A stretch of DNA of 64,000 nucleotides from the human T2T-CHM13v2.0 reference genome, Homo sapiens, in NCBI RefSeq assembly GCF_009914755.1, contig NC_060939.1; one strand, written 5' to 3'. Of the stretch, positions 23,861-36,589 are shown in pieces. The notes beneath the pieces were generated by a model. That model had not been told where the DNA came from. It saw only the letters and a program-made list of their open reading frames with translations, and made no database searches. The position numbers and the translations under genes are program-made. Every line of letters starts with the position of its first letter. Positions within the stretch are counted from its first letter, which is position 1.

Positions 23861-25636
23861 AGCCTAGGTGATAATTTTGGAAGAGGATGCTGGAATTCTG
23901 AGGTCCCTGACAGAGCAGCTGTATTTTGGGCTGGAGACCTTGAGGCCCTGAAGGGCATCTTGTGGGCCCACCCCTATCTCTGTGCTCCTCTGTGAGGCAG
24001 CCCAGGCTCCCTGTGCTGGCTTGGTATCCGGGCTCTGGGTCCCTGGTGACGGGGCATGTTGGAGGCTCCTTCCTGAGCCCCTGTTCTCCCTTGTCATTCA
24101 GTGAACTCTTCTGCACAAGTGACCCCCCCAGCCTTGAGCGGCATAGGTGAGTGCATCCTGTTTTGGTCATGGGCCATGAGTGATGCAGCATGGGGTCCCT
24201 GACATTCTGCCTTTGGGCCACCAGGGTTTTCTCAGGCTGCCAACCTACTCCCCACCAGGGAGCGATGGTTTCTCAGGAGGGCTGCTTCCTTGGGAATCTG
24301 ACCCAAGGAGCAAGTCTCTCCTGAGGCCCTGCAGGGGTGACAGTGGTCCAGGCTGGAAAGGGTTCCTTCAGCCCAATGTAGGGCAGCTCCCAGCTGAAAC
24401 TCAGTGGGCAGGTCAGGCCTCGAGTATTGCCCAAGGCACATGGGGGAGTGAGGCACGGGGGATACAGTGCGCCGTGGAGGTCACACTGGAGTTCTCCCCT
24501 CCCTGGAGAGGGATGAGTGACTGGGTCCACACGGTCAGGCTGTGGAGATTCAAGGCATGCTCCACACCCATGGCCTTGAATGGGACCAACCCTGTTGAGC
24601 AATAGGCCATCTTAGTGGCACCTCCTTGAGCCTGGTGGGGGACGGCACTGTTTCAATGAGGTTGGGTCAAGAGTGAGCTCTGGCTGGCACCTGGTGGTGC
24701 TGCAGGCCCTGGGACTTGTGGACTTTGGGCCAAGGGAGCAGCTCTGATCCTGCTGGGGACAAGCCTTCCTTGAGGTCCAGTGGTGAAAAGAGTGTCCTCC
24801 TGAGATGGCAAGGCCTGCTGTCGAGGGACCTGTTCTAGGAATTTGCTGCCCAGGCTGCTTCTGAGCCTTGGGGTCACCTCAGGGGGTGGCAGGGTCTTGA
24901 GCCCAAGAAAGGAAAAGACACGATGTGGTTCCTGATTGGCTGAGTGTGACCCGGCTCTGTGTGTCAGAGTTGGGCAGGACATGGATTGAGACCCACCATA
25001 GAAAGCATGTGATCCTGGAAGCCCCTAGGCTTGGAGAGGGCACCAGGGCCAGCGCCCACCACGCCTAGGTACGATCTCTCGGACTTCCAGGTCTGCAGCG
25101 GCTCTTGGCGTCTGGGCCAGCATGCTTGGTTGGCCAGGGGCTGGTTGGTGGCCCTGTCTTGTGCCCTGTGTCCCCGGTATGGCCCTGGGGTTGTGTGTGG
25201 TAGCAGGCCTGGGCAGTGGAGGTGCTCTTGGGGCCTGCAGTAGGGTGCTGCCCAGGCATCTTGCCCGAGCCAGGTGACACGCTTGCCCTGTCTTTCCAGG
25301 GTTTGGCGGCAGGGAGGGCCAAGGGTGCCCAGTGTCCGTGAGGGATCAGTATTCAGCATGGATCCCATCACATGAGTATCCCTTAGCCCCTTCTCTACAT
25401 TGATGTGTGAGGCCCTGGTTAGACACATTTCCTCCTCCTGTCCCTCCAGATGGTAAGCCTGGAGGAAGACTTGTGTTGGGCCCACAGGCCCCAGGCCAAT
25501 GTCTGTCAGCCAGGTGCTCAGCCTCTGGTGCGCTGAAACTCTGACCCTTCCTGGCACACTGGTCTCCTGCACTGAGCTGGGGTAAGCACATCTGGGTTGC
25601 ACTGGATGTTTGTGTGGGGAGGGGGTTCCCTAGGTT

Positions 25637-25718
25637 GGGTCAATGATGAGAACCTGATATTGCCCTGAAGAGAGATGATGACTTAAAAATCATGTTCAAT
25701 AGGATTACGCTGAGGCCT
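25637..25718 (+). ncRNA. SNORD115-32: SNORD115 copy (inferred -32)
   Basis: Boxes intact (C' ATGATGA); ASE ATGTTCAATAGGATTACG. Confidence 0.92.
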
Positions 25719-27507
25719 AGCCTAGGTGAGAATTTTGGAAGCAGATGCTGGGATCCCAAGGTCCCTTGCAGGGCCATCGTATGTTGAACTGGAGACCTGG
25801 AGGCTCTGAAGGGCATCTGGAGGTCGTGCAACCTGTCTCTGCACTCCTCTGTGAGGCAGCCCAGGCTCCCTGTGTGGGGTTGGTGTTGGTGCTATGGTTC
25901 CCTGGGGGTGGGGAACATTGGTGGCTCCCTCCAGAGCCCCTGTTCTCACCTTGTGCCTTTCAGATTTTCCACCTAGGAGGTCCACCTGGCATTGACTGAC
26001 ATAGGTGAGTGGATCCTGCTGGGGTCATGGGTCATGAGCCAGACCATGGGGGGATCCCAGAGATTCAGTCTTTGGGCAACAGTTTTCTCAGGGAGCAGAC
26101 CTGAATTTCCACCTGGGAGGGAAGGGTTCTCCTGGAGGGCGACTTTTTTGGGAATCGGACCCAAGGAGGATGCCTTCCCTGAAGCCCTGCCGGGGTGATG
26201 GTGGTCCAGGCAGGAAAGTTCCTTCTGCTCAATGCAGGGCAGCACCCAGCTGAGACTCGGTGCTCCGGTAAGGCCTCCAGAACTGCCCAGGTCACATAAG
26301 GGGGGCCAGAGGGGCTACGAGGTGCCACGGGGTAACAGGGGAGCTCTTGGTCCCCAGAGTGTGGTGCATGAATGGGCCCATTCCGTTGGGTCTCAGAGAT
26401 TTAAGGATTGCACCACACCATGGCCCTGAATGCAACCGTCCCTGTTGATCAATGGGCCATCCCATGGGTCTCCTGGAGCCTGGTGGGAGGCAGTGTTGTT
26501 TTCCTGGGGTTGGGTCAAGGCGGAGCTCTGGCTGGTACCTGGTGGTGCTGCAGGTCAGCCCTGGGACTTGTGGGCTTTGGGCCAAGGGGCATCCCGCATC
26601 CCGCTGGGGGCCACCCTTTCTCCATGGTCGAGTGTCGTGAAGGGTGGCCTCCTGAGTTGGGAAGGCTTGCTATTGAGGCACTTGTACTGTGAATTTGTTG
26701 CTCAGGCTGCTTGGGAGCCATGGTGTCACCTCCAGGGTGGCAGGGTCTTGGGACCAAGCAAAGGAGTGGGCACCATGTCACTGCAGATAGGCCATGTGTG
26801 ACTGGCTCTGTGTCTGGGAGATATGTGGAGTATGAATGGGGACCCACCATTCATAGAGAAAGCAAGTGGCCCTGCAGCCCGAGGCTATGATTTCCGGTGC
26901 ACACTTGGAGAGGGTGCCTTTACACCCAAGTACCAGGCTCAGAGGTAGGCTATGCCACTATCAGGTCTGCAGTGGCACGTGGCATCTGGGCCAGCCTCCT
27001 TGGTTGGCCATGACCTGGCTGGTGGCCTGGGCCTGTGCCCAGTGTTCCCAGGGTAGTTCTAGGGTGCTGCGGGGGAGCTGTTTTGGCTAGTGGAGGTGCT
27101 CTTGGGTCCTGCAGTACAGCACAGCCTGGGCGTTTTGCCTGAGCCCAGTGACCTGCCTGCCTTGCCCTTCCCAGGATCGGTGGTAGGGAAGACCAGGGGT
27201 GCCCGGCATAGGTGATGAGTCAGTATTTCACATGGATATCATCACATGTGTCCATGGAGGGGGAGCAAACATGAGCTGGCACCCGCCACCCCCTTCTCCA
27301 CATGAAGGGTGGTCACACGTTCTCCATCTGTTCCTCCAGATGGTGAGACTTCTGTCGGCCTCGCTTTTCCTGGGCCAGTGTCCATCAGCCAGGTGCTCAG
27401 CCCCAGTGCACTGAAGCTCCAGCCCTTCCTGGCGCCCTGGACTGAGCTGTGGTGAGCACATCCGGGTTCCACTGGATGCGTATGTGGGAAGGGGGGTGCC
27501 CTGGGTT

Positions 27508-27589
27508 GGGTCAATGATGAGAACCGTATATTGTCCTGAAGAGCGGTGATGACTTAAAAATAATGCTCAATAGGATTACGCTGAGGCCC
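27508..27589 (+). ncRNA. SNORD115-33: SNORD115 copy (inferred -33)
   Basis: Boxes and 18-nt ASE intact. Confidence 0.93.
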
Positions 27590-29056
27590 ACCCTAAGTGA
27601 GAAATTTGGTAGGGGATGTTGGGATCCCGAGATTTCTGGCAGGGCCACTGTAGTTTGGGTTGGAGGCCTGGAGGCCCTGAAGGGCATCTGGAGGTGGCTC
27701 AACTCTTTCTCTGTGCTCCTCCGTGTAGCAGCCCAGGCTCCCTGTGCGGGCTTGGTGTTGTTGCTTCTGTTCCTTGGGGGCAGGGCATGTGGGTGGCTCC
27801 TCCCTGAGCCCCAGTTCTCCCCTTGTGTCTTTCAGTGAGCTCTTCTGCCAAGGGGGTCCTCCTGGCATTGACCAACATAGGTGAGTGGATCCTGCTGCTG
27901 TCATGGTCCGTGAGCCAGGCTGCTTGGGGTTGCCAAGGGTCAGACTTCGGGCCATGAAGGTTTCCTCAGGGAGCTGACCCTAATTCCCATGAGGGAGGCA
28001 TGGTTTCTCCAGGAGGTCAGCTTCCTTGGGAATCTGTGACTTGACAGGGTTGAGTCGCAGAGGTTCAAGGATCTCATCCCACCTGTAACCCTGAATGGGG
28101 CCCACCCTGTTGAGCAACTGGCCATCCCAGTGGCACATATTGAGCCTGGTGGGGGGTGGTGCAGTTTCAATGGGGTTGGGTCAAGGCTGAGATATGGCTG
28201 GTGCCTGGTGGTGCTGCAGTCCAGCCCTGGGATCCGTGGGCTTTGGGCTGAGGGGGAAGCCTGCATCCTATTGGGGGTAACCTGTTCTCCAAATTTGAGT
28301 GATTGGTGGGAAGGCCTACTGTCTGAGGTCCTGTACTGGGAATTTGCCACCTCAGCTTCTTCTGAGCCATAGGGTCACCTCCAGGGTCATGGGGTCTTGG
28401 GACCAAGGAAAAGAGAAGATACCATGTGGCCCTTGATTGGCCGAGTGTAGCCCAGCTCTGTGTTTGGGAGGTGTGTGGGATGTGGATAGGGTCCCACCTG
28501 TGAAAGCATGTGGCCCGGGTCCCCAGGCTGTGATTTTCAGTGCACACTTGGAGAGGGCACCTTGGTGGGTGCCCACCATGTCCAGGGGCAGGCTATGTGA
28601 CTGCCAGGTTTGCAATGGTGTGTAGCTTCCTTCTACCCTCCTTGGTTGGCTGGGAGTGGGTTGGTTGCTGTGGCCCATGCCCAGTGGTCACAGGGCAGGC
28701 AGACTGCCTTGTTTTTTCAGGGTATGCTGACAGGGAGGGCCATGGGTGCCCTGCATTCATGATGAGTCAGTGTTCCACATGGAACCCATTATGTGGGTAT
28801 CTCTTATTCCTTCTACATATGGAGATGTGAGGCCCTATTTGGACACATGTCCTCCTCCTGTACCCCCAGGTGGTGAGCCTGGAGGAAGACTTGCATTGGG
28901 CCCAATGGCCCTGGACCAGTGTCTGTCAGCCAGGTTCCCAGCCCCCGATGCGCTGAAGCTCAAGCCTTTCCTGGCACCCTGGTCTCCTGCACTGAGCTGT
29001 GGTGAGCATATCCTGGTCCTGCTGGATGCATGCGTGGGGAGGGGTTGTCCTAGGTT

Positions 29057-29138
29057 GGGTCAATGATGAGAACCTTATAATGTTCTGAAGAGAGGTGATG
29101 ACTTAAAAATCATGCTCAATAGGATTACGCTGAGGCCC
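29057..29138 (+). ncRNA. SNORD115-34: SNORD115 copy (inferred -34)
   Basis: Boxes and ASE intact. Confidence 0.93.
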
Positions 29139-30916
29139 AGCCTAGGTGATAATTTTGGAAGAGGACACTGGGTCCCGAAGCCCCCTGCAGGGCCCCTGTG
29201 TTTTGGGCTGGAGACCTTGAGGCCCTGAAAGGCATCTGGTGGACCCAACTCTATCTCTGCCCTCCTCAATGAGGCAGCCCAGCCTCCCTGTACTGGCTTG
29301 GTATCCGGGCTCCGGGTCTCTGGGGACGGGGCACATTGGAGGCTCCTTCCTGAGCCCCCATTCTCTCCTGTGTCTTTCAGTGAGCTCTTCGGCCCAAGTG
29401 GTCCCCCCGGCCTTAAGCGGCATAGGTGAGTGCATCCTGTTTTGATCATGGGCCATGAGTGTTGCAGCATGGGGTCCCCGACATTCAGCCTTCAGGCCAC
29501 TAGGCTTTTCTCAGGCTGCAAACCTACTCTCCACCAGGGAGCGATGGTTTCTCAGGAGGGCCACTTCCTTCGGAATCTGACCCATGGAGCACGCCTTTCC
29601 TGAAGCCCTGCAGAGGTGACAGTGGTCCAGGCAGGAAGGGGTTCCTTCAGCCCCAATGTAGGGCAGCTCCCAGCTGAAACTTGGTGGACAGATCAGGCCT
29701 GGAGTACTGCCCAGGGCATATGGGGAGGAGGGACACAGGGAATGTGGCGCACCCTAGAGGTCACACTGGAGTTCTGTCTCCCTGGAGAGGGGTGAGTGAT
29801 TGGGCCCACATGGTCAGGCTGTGGAGATTCAAGGAATGCTCCACACCGATGGCCTTGAATGGGACCAACCCTATTGAGCAATGGGCCATCTTAGTGGCAC
29901 CTCCTTGAACCTGGTGGGGGATGGCACTCTTTCAATGAGGTTGGGTCAAGGCTGAGCTCTGGCTGGCACCCAGTGGTGCTGCAGGCTGGCCCTGGGACTT
30001 GTGGGCTTTGGGCCAAGGGGGAAGCTTCCATCCTGCTGGGAACAACCCTTCCTTGAGGTCCAGTGGCAGGAAGGGGGGCTTCCTGAGGTGGAAAGCCCTA
30101 CTGTTGAGGGACCTGTCCTGGGAATTTGCTGTCCAAGCTGCTTCTGAGCCATGGGGTCACCTCTAGGGTGGTGGGGTCTTGAGCCCAAGGAAAGGAGAGG
30201 ACACCATGTGGTTCCTGATTGGCTGAGTGTGGCCCGGCTCTGTGTGTCGGAGTTGTGCAGGGTATGGATTGGGACCCACCAGTGAAAGCACATGGCCCTG
30301 GAGGTCCGCAGGCTTGGAGAGGGCACCAGATCTGGCACCCACCATGCCCAGGTACAGGCTCTGGGACTGCCAGGTTGCAGCAGCTCTTGGCATCTGGGCC
30401 ACCCTCCTTGGTTGGCCAGGAGCTAGTTGGTGGCCCTGTCCCATGCCCCATGTCCCTGGTATGGCCATGGGGTCATGCAGAGGAACCGGCCCTGGCATGG
30501 AGGTGCTCTTGCAACATGCAGTAGGGTGCATCCCAGGCATCTTGCCTGAGCCAGGTGACCCGCTTGCCCTGTCTCTCCAGGGTTTGGTGGCAGGGAGGGC
30601 CAAGGGTGCCCCGTGTCCATGTTGGGTCAGTGTTCAGCATGGATCCCATTGCATGAGTATCACTTAGCTCCTTCCCAGCATTGATATGTGAGGCCCTGGT
30701 TGGACACTTGTCCTCCTGTCCCTCCAGATGGTGAGCCTGGAGGAAGACTCGTGTTGGGCCCACAGGCCCCAGGCCAGTGTACGTCAGCCAGGTGCTCAGC
30801 CCATGGTGTGCTGAAGCTCTGACCCTTCCTGACTCCGTGGTCTCCTGCACTGAGCTGTGATGACCATATCCAGGTCCTGCTAGATGCATGCGTGGGGAGG
30901 CAGGGTGCCCTGGGTT

Positions 30917-30998
30917 GGGTCAATGATGAGAACCTTGTATTATCTTGAAGAGAGGTGATGACTTAAAAATCATGCTCAATAGGATTACACTGAGGCCC
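30917..30998 (+). ncRNA. SNORD115-35: SNORD115 copy (inferred -35)
   Basis: D' TTGA; ASE ends ACA. Confidence 0.9.
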
Positions 30999-32754
30999 AG
31001 ACTAGGTGAGAATTTTGGAAGAGGATGCTGGGATCCTGAGGTCCCCAACAGGGCCACCATATTTTGGGCTGGAGACCTGGAGGTCCTGAAGGGCATCTGT
31101 AGGGGGCCCAACCCTGTCTCTGCACTCCTCCCTGAGGCAGCCCATGCTCCCTATTCGGGATCGGTATTGGTGCTCCACTTCCCTGGGGGCAGGACACGTG
31201 GGTGGCTACTCCCTGAGCCCCCGTTCTCCCCTTGTGTCTTTCAGTGAGCTCTTCCAAACAGGTGGGCTCCCTAGCATTGACCGACAGAGGTGAGTGGATC
31301 CTTCTGGGATTATGGGCCATGAGCCAGGCCATGTGGGGTCCCCAAGGTTCAGCCTTTGGATCCCGAGAGTTGTCTCAGACAGCCAACCTGATTTGCCACC
31401 TGGGAGAGATGGCTTCTCCAGGAGGGTGGGTTTTTGGGAATTGGACCCAAGGAGGACGCCTTCCCTGAAGCCCTACTGGGATGATGGTGGTCCAGGCAGG
31501 AAAGGGTTCCTTCACCCAGCTGAGACTCGGTGTTCCAGTAAGGCCTCAAGGACCTCCCTGCCACATGAAGGGGCCCAGAGGGGCTACGAGGCACCACAGG
31601 AGTGACAGGGGAGCTCTTGGTCCCCAGAGTGTGGTACATGAATGGGCCCATGGGGTTGAGTCGCAGAGATTCAAGGATGCTGCACCACCCATGGCCCTGA
31701 ATGTGACTCTCCTCCTGGAGCCTGGTGGGGGGTGGCGTTTTTTCCCTGGGGTTCGGTCAAGGTGGAACTCTGGTCAGTACCTGGTGGTAATGTAGGTCAG
31801 CCCTGGGACTCGTGGGCTTTGGGCCAACGGACAGCCCACATCCCTCTGGGGGTCACCCTTTCTCTGAGGTCGAGTGTCATGAAGGGTGGCCTCCTGAGGT
31901 GGGAAAGCCCAATGTCGAAGGACCTGTACTGAGAATTTGTTGCTTAGGCTGCTTAGGATCCATGTTGTCACCTCCAGGGTGGTGGGATCTTGGGACCAAG
32001 CAAAGGAGAGGGCACCATGTGGCTGCCAGTGGCTATGTGTGACTGGCTCTGTGTCTGAGAGGTGTGTGGATGGGGACCCACCAGAGAAAGCAAGTGGCCC
32101 TGCAGCCCCAAGATGTGATTTCTGGTGCAGGCTTGGAGAGGGTGCCTATACCTGCTCCCACCACGCCCAGGGGCAGGCTTTGCCACTGCAGGTCTGCAGT
32201 GCCACGTGGCATCTGGGCCAGCCACCTTGGTTGGCCGTGACCTGGCTGGTAGCCCGTGCCTGTGCCCAGTGTTCCCAGGGCTGCCCTGGGGTCTTGCTGG
32301 GGAGCTGTTTTGGGCAGTGGAAATGCTCTTGGGGCCTGCAGTATGGCACAGCCTGGGGGCATTTTGCCTGAGCCCAGTGACCTGCCTGCCTTGTCCTTCC
32401 TGGGTTCGGTGGCAGGGAGGGCCAAGGGTGCCCTACATTGGTGACAAGTCAATATTTTGCATGGATCTCATCACGTGTCCATGGAGGTGGGGGCAAGCGT
32501 GAGCTGGCACGCACCCCATTCTCCCCATGGAGGGTGGTCACATGTACTCCACCTGTGTCCCTAGATGGTGAGACTGGAGGAAGACTTCCATTGGGCCCAC
32601 TTTTCATGGGACAGTGTCCATCAGCCAGGTGCTCAGCCCCCAGTGCATTGAAGACCCAGCCCATCCTGGCACCCTAGTCTCCTGCACTGAGCTGTGCTGA
32701 GCACATCTGGCTTCCACTGGAAGTTTTTTTTGCGAGGAGGGGCTTCCCTGGGTT

Positions 32755-32836
32755 GGGTCAATGATGAGAACCTTATATTGTCCTGAAGAGAGGTGATGAC
32801 TTAAAAATCATGCTCAATAGGATTACGCTGAGGCCC
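32755..32836 (+). ncRNA. SNORD115-36: SNORD115 copy (inferred -36)
   Basis: Fully canonical. Confidence 0.94.
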
Positions 32837-34655
32837 AACCTAGGGGAGAATTTTGGAAGAGGATTATGGGATCCCAAGGTCCCCAACAAGGCCACTGCAT
32901 TTTGGGCTAGAGACCTGGAGGCTCTTAAGAGCATCTGGAGGTGGCCCAACCTGTCTCTGCTCCTTCGTGATGCAGCCCAGGCTCCCTGTGTGGGATTGGT
33001 GTTGGTGCTCCATTTCCCTGGCATGGGGAATGTTGGTGGCTCCTTCCTGAGCTCCTGTTCTCGCCTTGTGTCTTTCAGTGAGCTCTGCCACCCAGGACAT
33101 CCCCCTGGCATTGACTGGCATAGGTGAGTGGATCCTGCTGGGGTCATTGGTCATGAGCCAGACCATGTGGAGTCCCCAAGGTTCAGCCTTTGGGCCACAA
33201 AGGTTTTCTCAGGGAGCAGACCTGAATTTCACCCGGGAGGGAAGGGTTGTCCTGGAGGGTGGCTTTTTTGGGAACCTAACCCAAGGAGGACCCATTCCCT
33301 GAAGCCCTGCAGGGGTGATGGTGGTCCAGGCAGGAAAGGGTTCCTTCTGCTCAATGCAGGGCAACACCCAGCTAAGATGCGGTGATCTGGTAAGGCCTCC
33401 AGAACTGCCCAGGCCATATGAGGGGGGCCAGAGGGGCTACAGGGTGCCACAGGGGTAACAGGGGAGCTCTTGGTCCTTGGAGTGTGGTGCCTGAATGGAC
33501 CCATGGGATTGGGTTGTGTAGATTCAAGGATCACACCCTACCCACGGCCCTGAATGTGACTCTTCCTCTTGAGCAATGGGCCATCTCAGTGGGTCTCCTG
33601 GAGCCTGGTCGGGGGGTGGTGTTGTTTCCCTGGGGTTGGGTCTAGGTGGAGCTCTGGCTGGTACCTGGTGGTGCTGCAGATCATCCCTGGGACTTTTGGG
33701 CTTTGGGCCAAGGGACAGCCCGCATCCCGCTTGGGGTCAGCCTATCTCCATGGTCAAGTGTCATGAAGGGTGGCCCCCTGAGGTGAGAAGGCCTACTGTC
33801 AAGGGATCTGTCCCAGGATTTTGTTGCTCAGGCTGCTTCTGAGCCATGGCGTCACATCCACAGTGGCAGGGTCTTGGGCCTGAGCATAGCAGAGGGCACC
33901 ATGTCGTTCTGGATTGGCCAAGTATGGCCTAGCTCTGTGTGCGGGAGGTGTGCAGAGCATGGACGGTGACCCACCAGAGAAAGCACGTGGCCCTGCATCC
34001 CAGGCTGTGATTTCCAATGCACACTTGGAGAGGGTGTCTTGATTTGTGCCCACCATGCCCAGGGGCAGACTACGTGATAGCCAGGTCTGCAGCCTGAGCC
34101 ACGTGTGGCATCTGGGCCAGCCACCTTGGTTGGCCGTGAGCTGGCTGGTGGCCTTGGCCTGTGGCCAGTGGTGCCAGGGCGGCCCTGGGGTCGTGTGGGG
34201 GAGCCATGTTGGGCAGTGGAGGTGCTGTCAGGGCCTGCAGTACAGTGCAGCCTGGGCATTTGGCCTGAGCCCAGTCACCCGCCTGCTCTGTTCCTCCAGG
34301 GTTTGGTGGCGGGGAGGGCCAAGGGTGCCCCGCATCCGTGACGACTCAGTAATTCACATGGATCACATCACATTTTTCCTTGGAGGGCAAGCAAATGTGA
34401 GCCCCCACCCCCCACTGCCTTCCCCACATGGAGGTCATTTTGGACACATATCCTCCTCTAGTCCCCCTAGATGGTGAGACTGGAGGAAGACTTGCATTAT
34501 GCCCGCTGTTCCTGGGCCAGTGTCAGTCAGCCAGGTTCCCAGCTCCAAGTGTGCTGAAGCTCAGGCCCTTCCTGGCACCCTCAGCTCCTGCACTGAGCTG
34601 GGGTTACATCCGGGTTCCACTGTTTGCATGCAAAGGGAGGGGTGTACCCTGGGTT

Positions 34656-34737
34656 GGGCTGATGATGAGAACCTTATATTGTCCTGAAAAAAGGTGATGA
34701 CTTAAACATCATGCTTAATAGTATTATGCTGAAGCCC
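34656..34737 (+). ncRNA. SNORD115-37: SNORD115 copy (inferred -37), variant ASE
   Basis: Boxes intact; stem GGGCT/AGCCC; ASE ATGCTTAATAGTATTATG (3 changes). Confidence 0.9.
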
Positions 34738-36507
34738 AAGCTAGGTGAGAATTTTGGAAGATGAGGCTGGGATCCTGAGATCCCCGGCAGGGCCACACTT
34801 ATTTTGGGCTGGAAAATTTCAAGACCTGAAGCGCATCTTGTGGGGGGGCAATCCTGTCTCTGTGCTTCTCCGTGAGGCAGCCCAGGCTCCCGTTGCGGGC
34901 TTGGTGCCCATGCTTCGCTTCCCCAGGGGTGGGGCAATTTGGCATCCTCTTCCTGAGCCCTCCTTCTTCCCTGTGTCTTTCAGTAAGTTCTTCTTCCCAG
35001 GTGGGGCCCCTGGCTTTGAGCGGCATGGGTCAGAGCATCCTGTCAGGGTCATGGGCCATGAGTGAGGCAGCGTCGGTTCGTCGAGAGTCAGCCTTTGGGC
35101 CACTGGGGTTTTCTCAGGGAGCCAACAGGTTACCCATCAGGAGGGATGGTTCCTCCAGGAGGGTCGCTTCCTTGGGAATCTGACTCTAGGAGCATGCATT
35201 TCCTGAAGCTCTGCAGGGTGATGGTGGTCCAGGCGGGAAAGGGTTCCTTCAGCCCAACATAATGCAGTTCCCAGCTGAAACTCGGTGGCAGATCAGGCTC
35301 AAGGACTGCTCGGGCCACATGATGGGGGCCACAGGGGATTTGGGGTGCCCTGGGGGTCATGCTGGAGTTCTTGCCCCAAGAGGGGTGGGTGATAGGGCCC
35401 ATGCGATCAGGCTGCGGAGATTCAAGGAATGCTACCCACCCATGGCCCTGAATGGGACTGACCCTGTTGAACAATGGGCCATTTTAATGGTGCCTCCTTG
35501 AGCCTGGTAGGTAGTGGCATTGTTTCAATGCGGTTGGGTCAAGGCTGAACTCTGGCTGGTGCCCGGTGGTGCCCACATGGGCTTTGGGCCAAGGGGGCAG
35601 CTCATATCCCTCTGGGGTCACCCCTTCCTTGAGATTCAGTGGCAGGAAGGGTGTTCTCCTGAGGTGGAAGACCTGCTGTCAAGGGACTTGTCCTGGGAAT
35701 TTGCCACCTAGGCTGCTTCTGAGCCATGGAGTCACCTCCAGGGTGGCAGGGTCTTGAGCCCAGGGAAAGGAGACACCATATGGTTTCTGACTGGGAGTGT
35801 GGCCTGGATCTGTGTGTGGGAGGTGTGCAGGGCATGGATGGGGACCCATCAGAGAAAGCATGTGGCCCTGTAGGCCCCCAGGCTTTGATTTCTGGTGTGT
35901 GCTTGCAGTGGGCACCAGGGCAGCCCTACCATGCCCAGGGGCAGGCTCTGTGACTGCCAGGTCTGGAGTGGCTCCTGGCATGAAGACCACGCTCCTTGGT
36001 TGGCCATGAGCAGGTTGGTTGCCCTAGCCTGTGCCCTGTGGTCCTGGTGCAGCCCTGGGGTTGTTTGGGGAGACAGCACCGGCAGTGGAGGTGCTCTCAA
36101 GGCCTGCAGTAGGGCGCAGCCCAGGTGTCTTGCCCGAGCCCAGTAACCCACTTGCCCTGTCTTTCCAGGGTTTGGTGGCAGGGAGGGCCAACTGTGCCCC
36201 GCATCTGAAATGGATCAGTGTTCTGCATGGATCCCATCACAAGGGTATCCCCTACCCAACTTCTGTGCATTGTTATGTGAGGCCCTGGTTGGACACATGT
36301 CCTCCTCCTGTCCCTGCAGATGCTGACCCTGGAGGAAGACTTGTGTCGGGCCCCCAGGCCCCAGGCCAGTGTCCATCAGCCAGGTGCTCAGCTCCCAGTG
36401 CGCTGAAGCTCAGACCCTTCCTGGCACCCTGGTGTCCAGCACTGAGCTGTGGTGAGCCCATCCGGGTCCTGCTGGATGCATGAATGGGGAGGGGCCTGCC
36501 CAGAGTT

Positions 36508-36589
36508 GGGTCAATGATGAGAACCTTACATTGTCCTGAAGAGAGATGATGACTTAAAAATCATGCTCAATAGGATTACGCTGAGGCCC
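36508..36589 (+). ncRNA. SNORD115-38: SNORD115 copy (inferred -38)
   Basis: Boxes and ASE intact. Confidence 0.93.
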
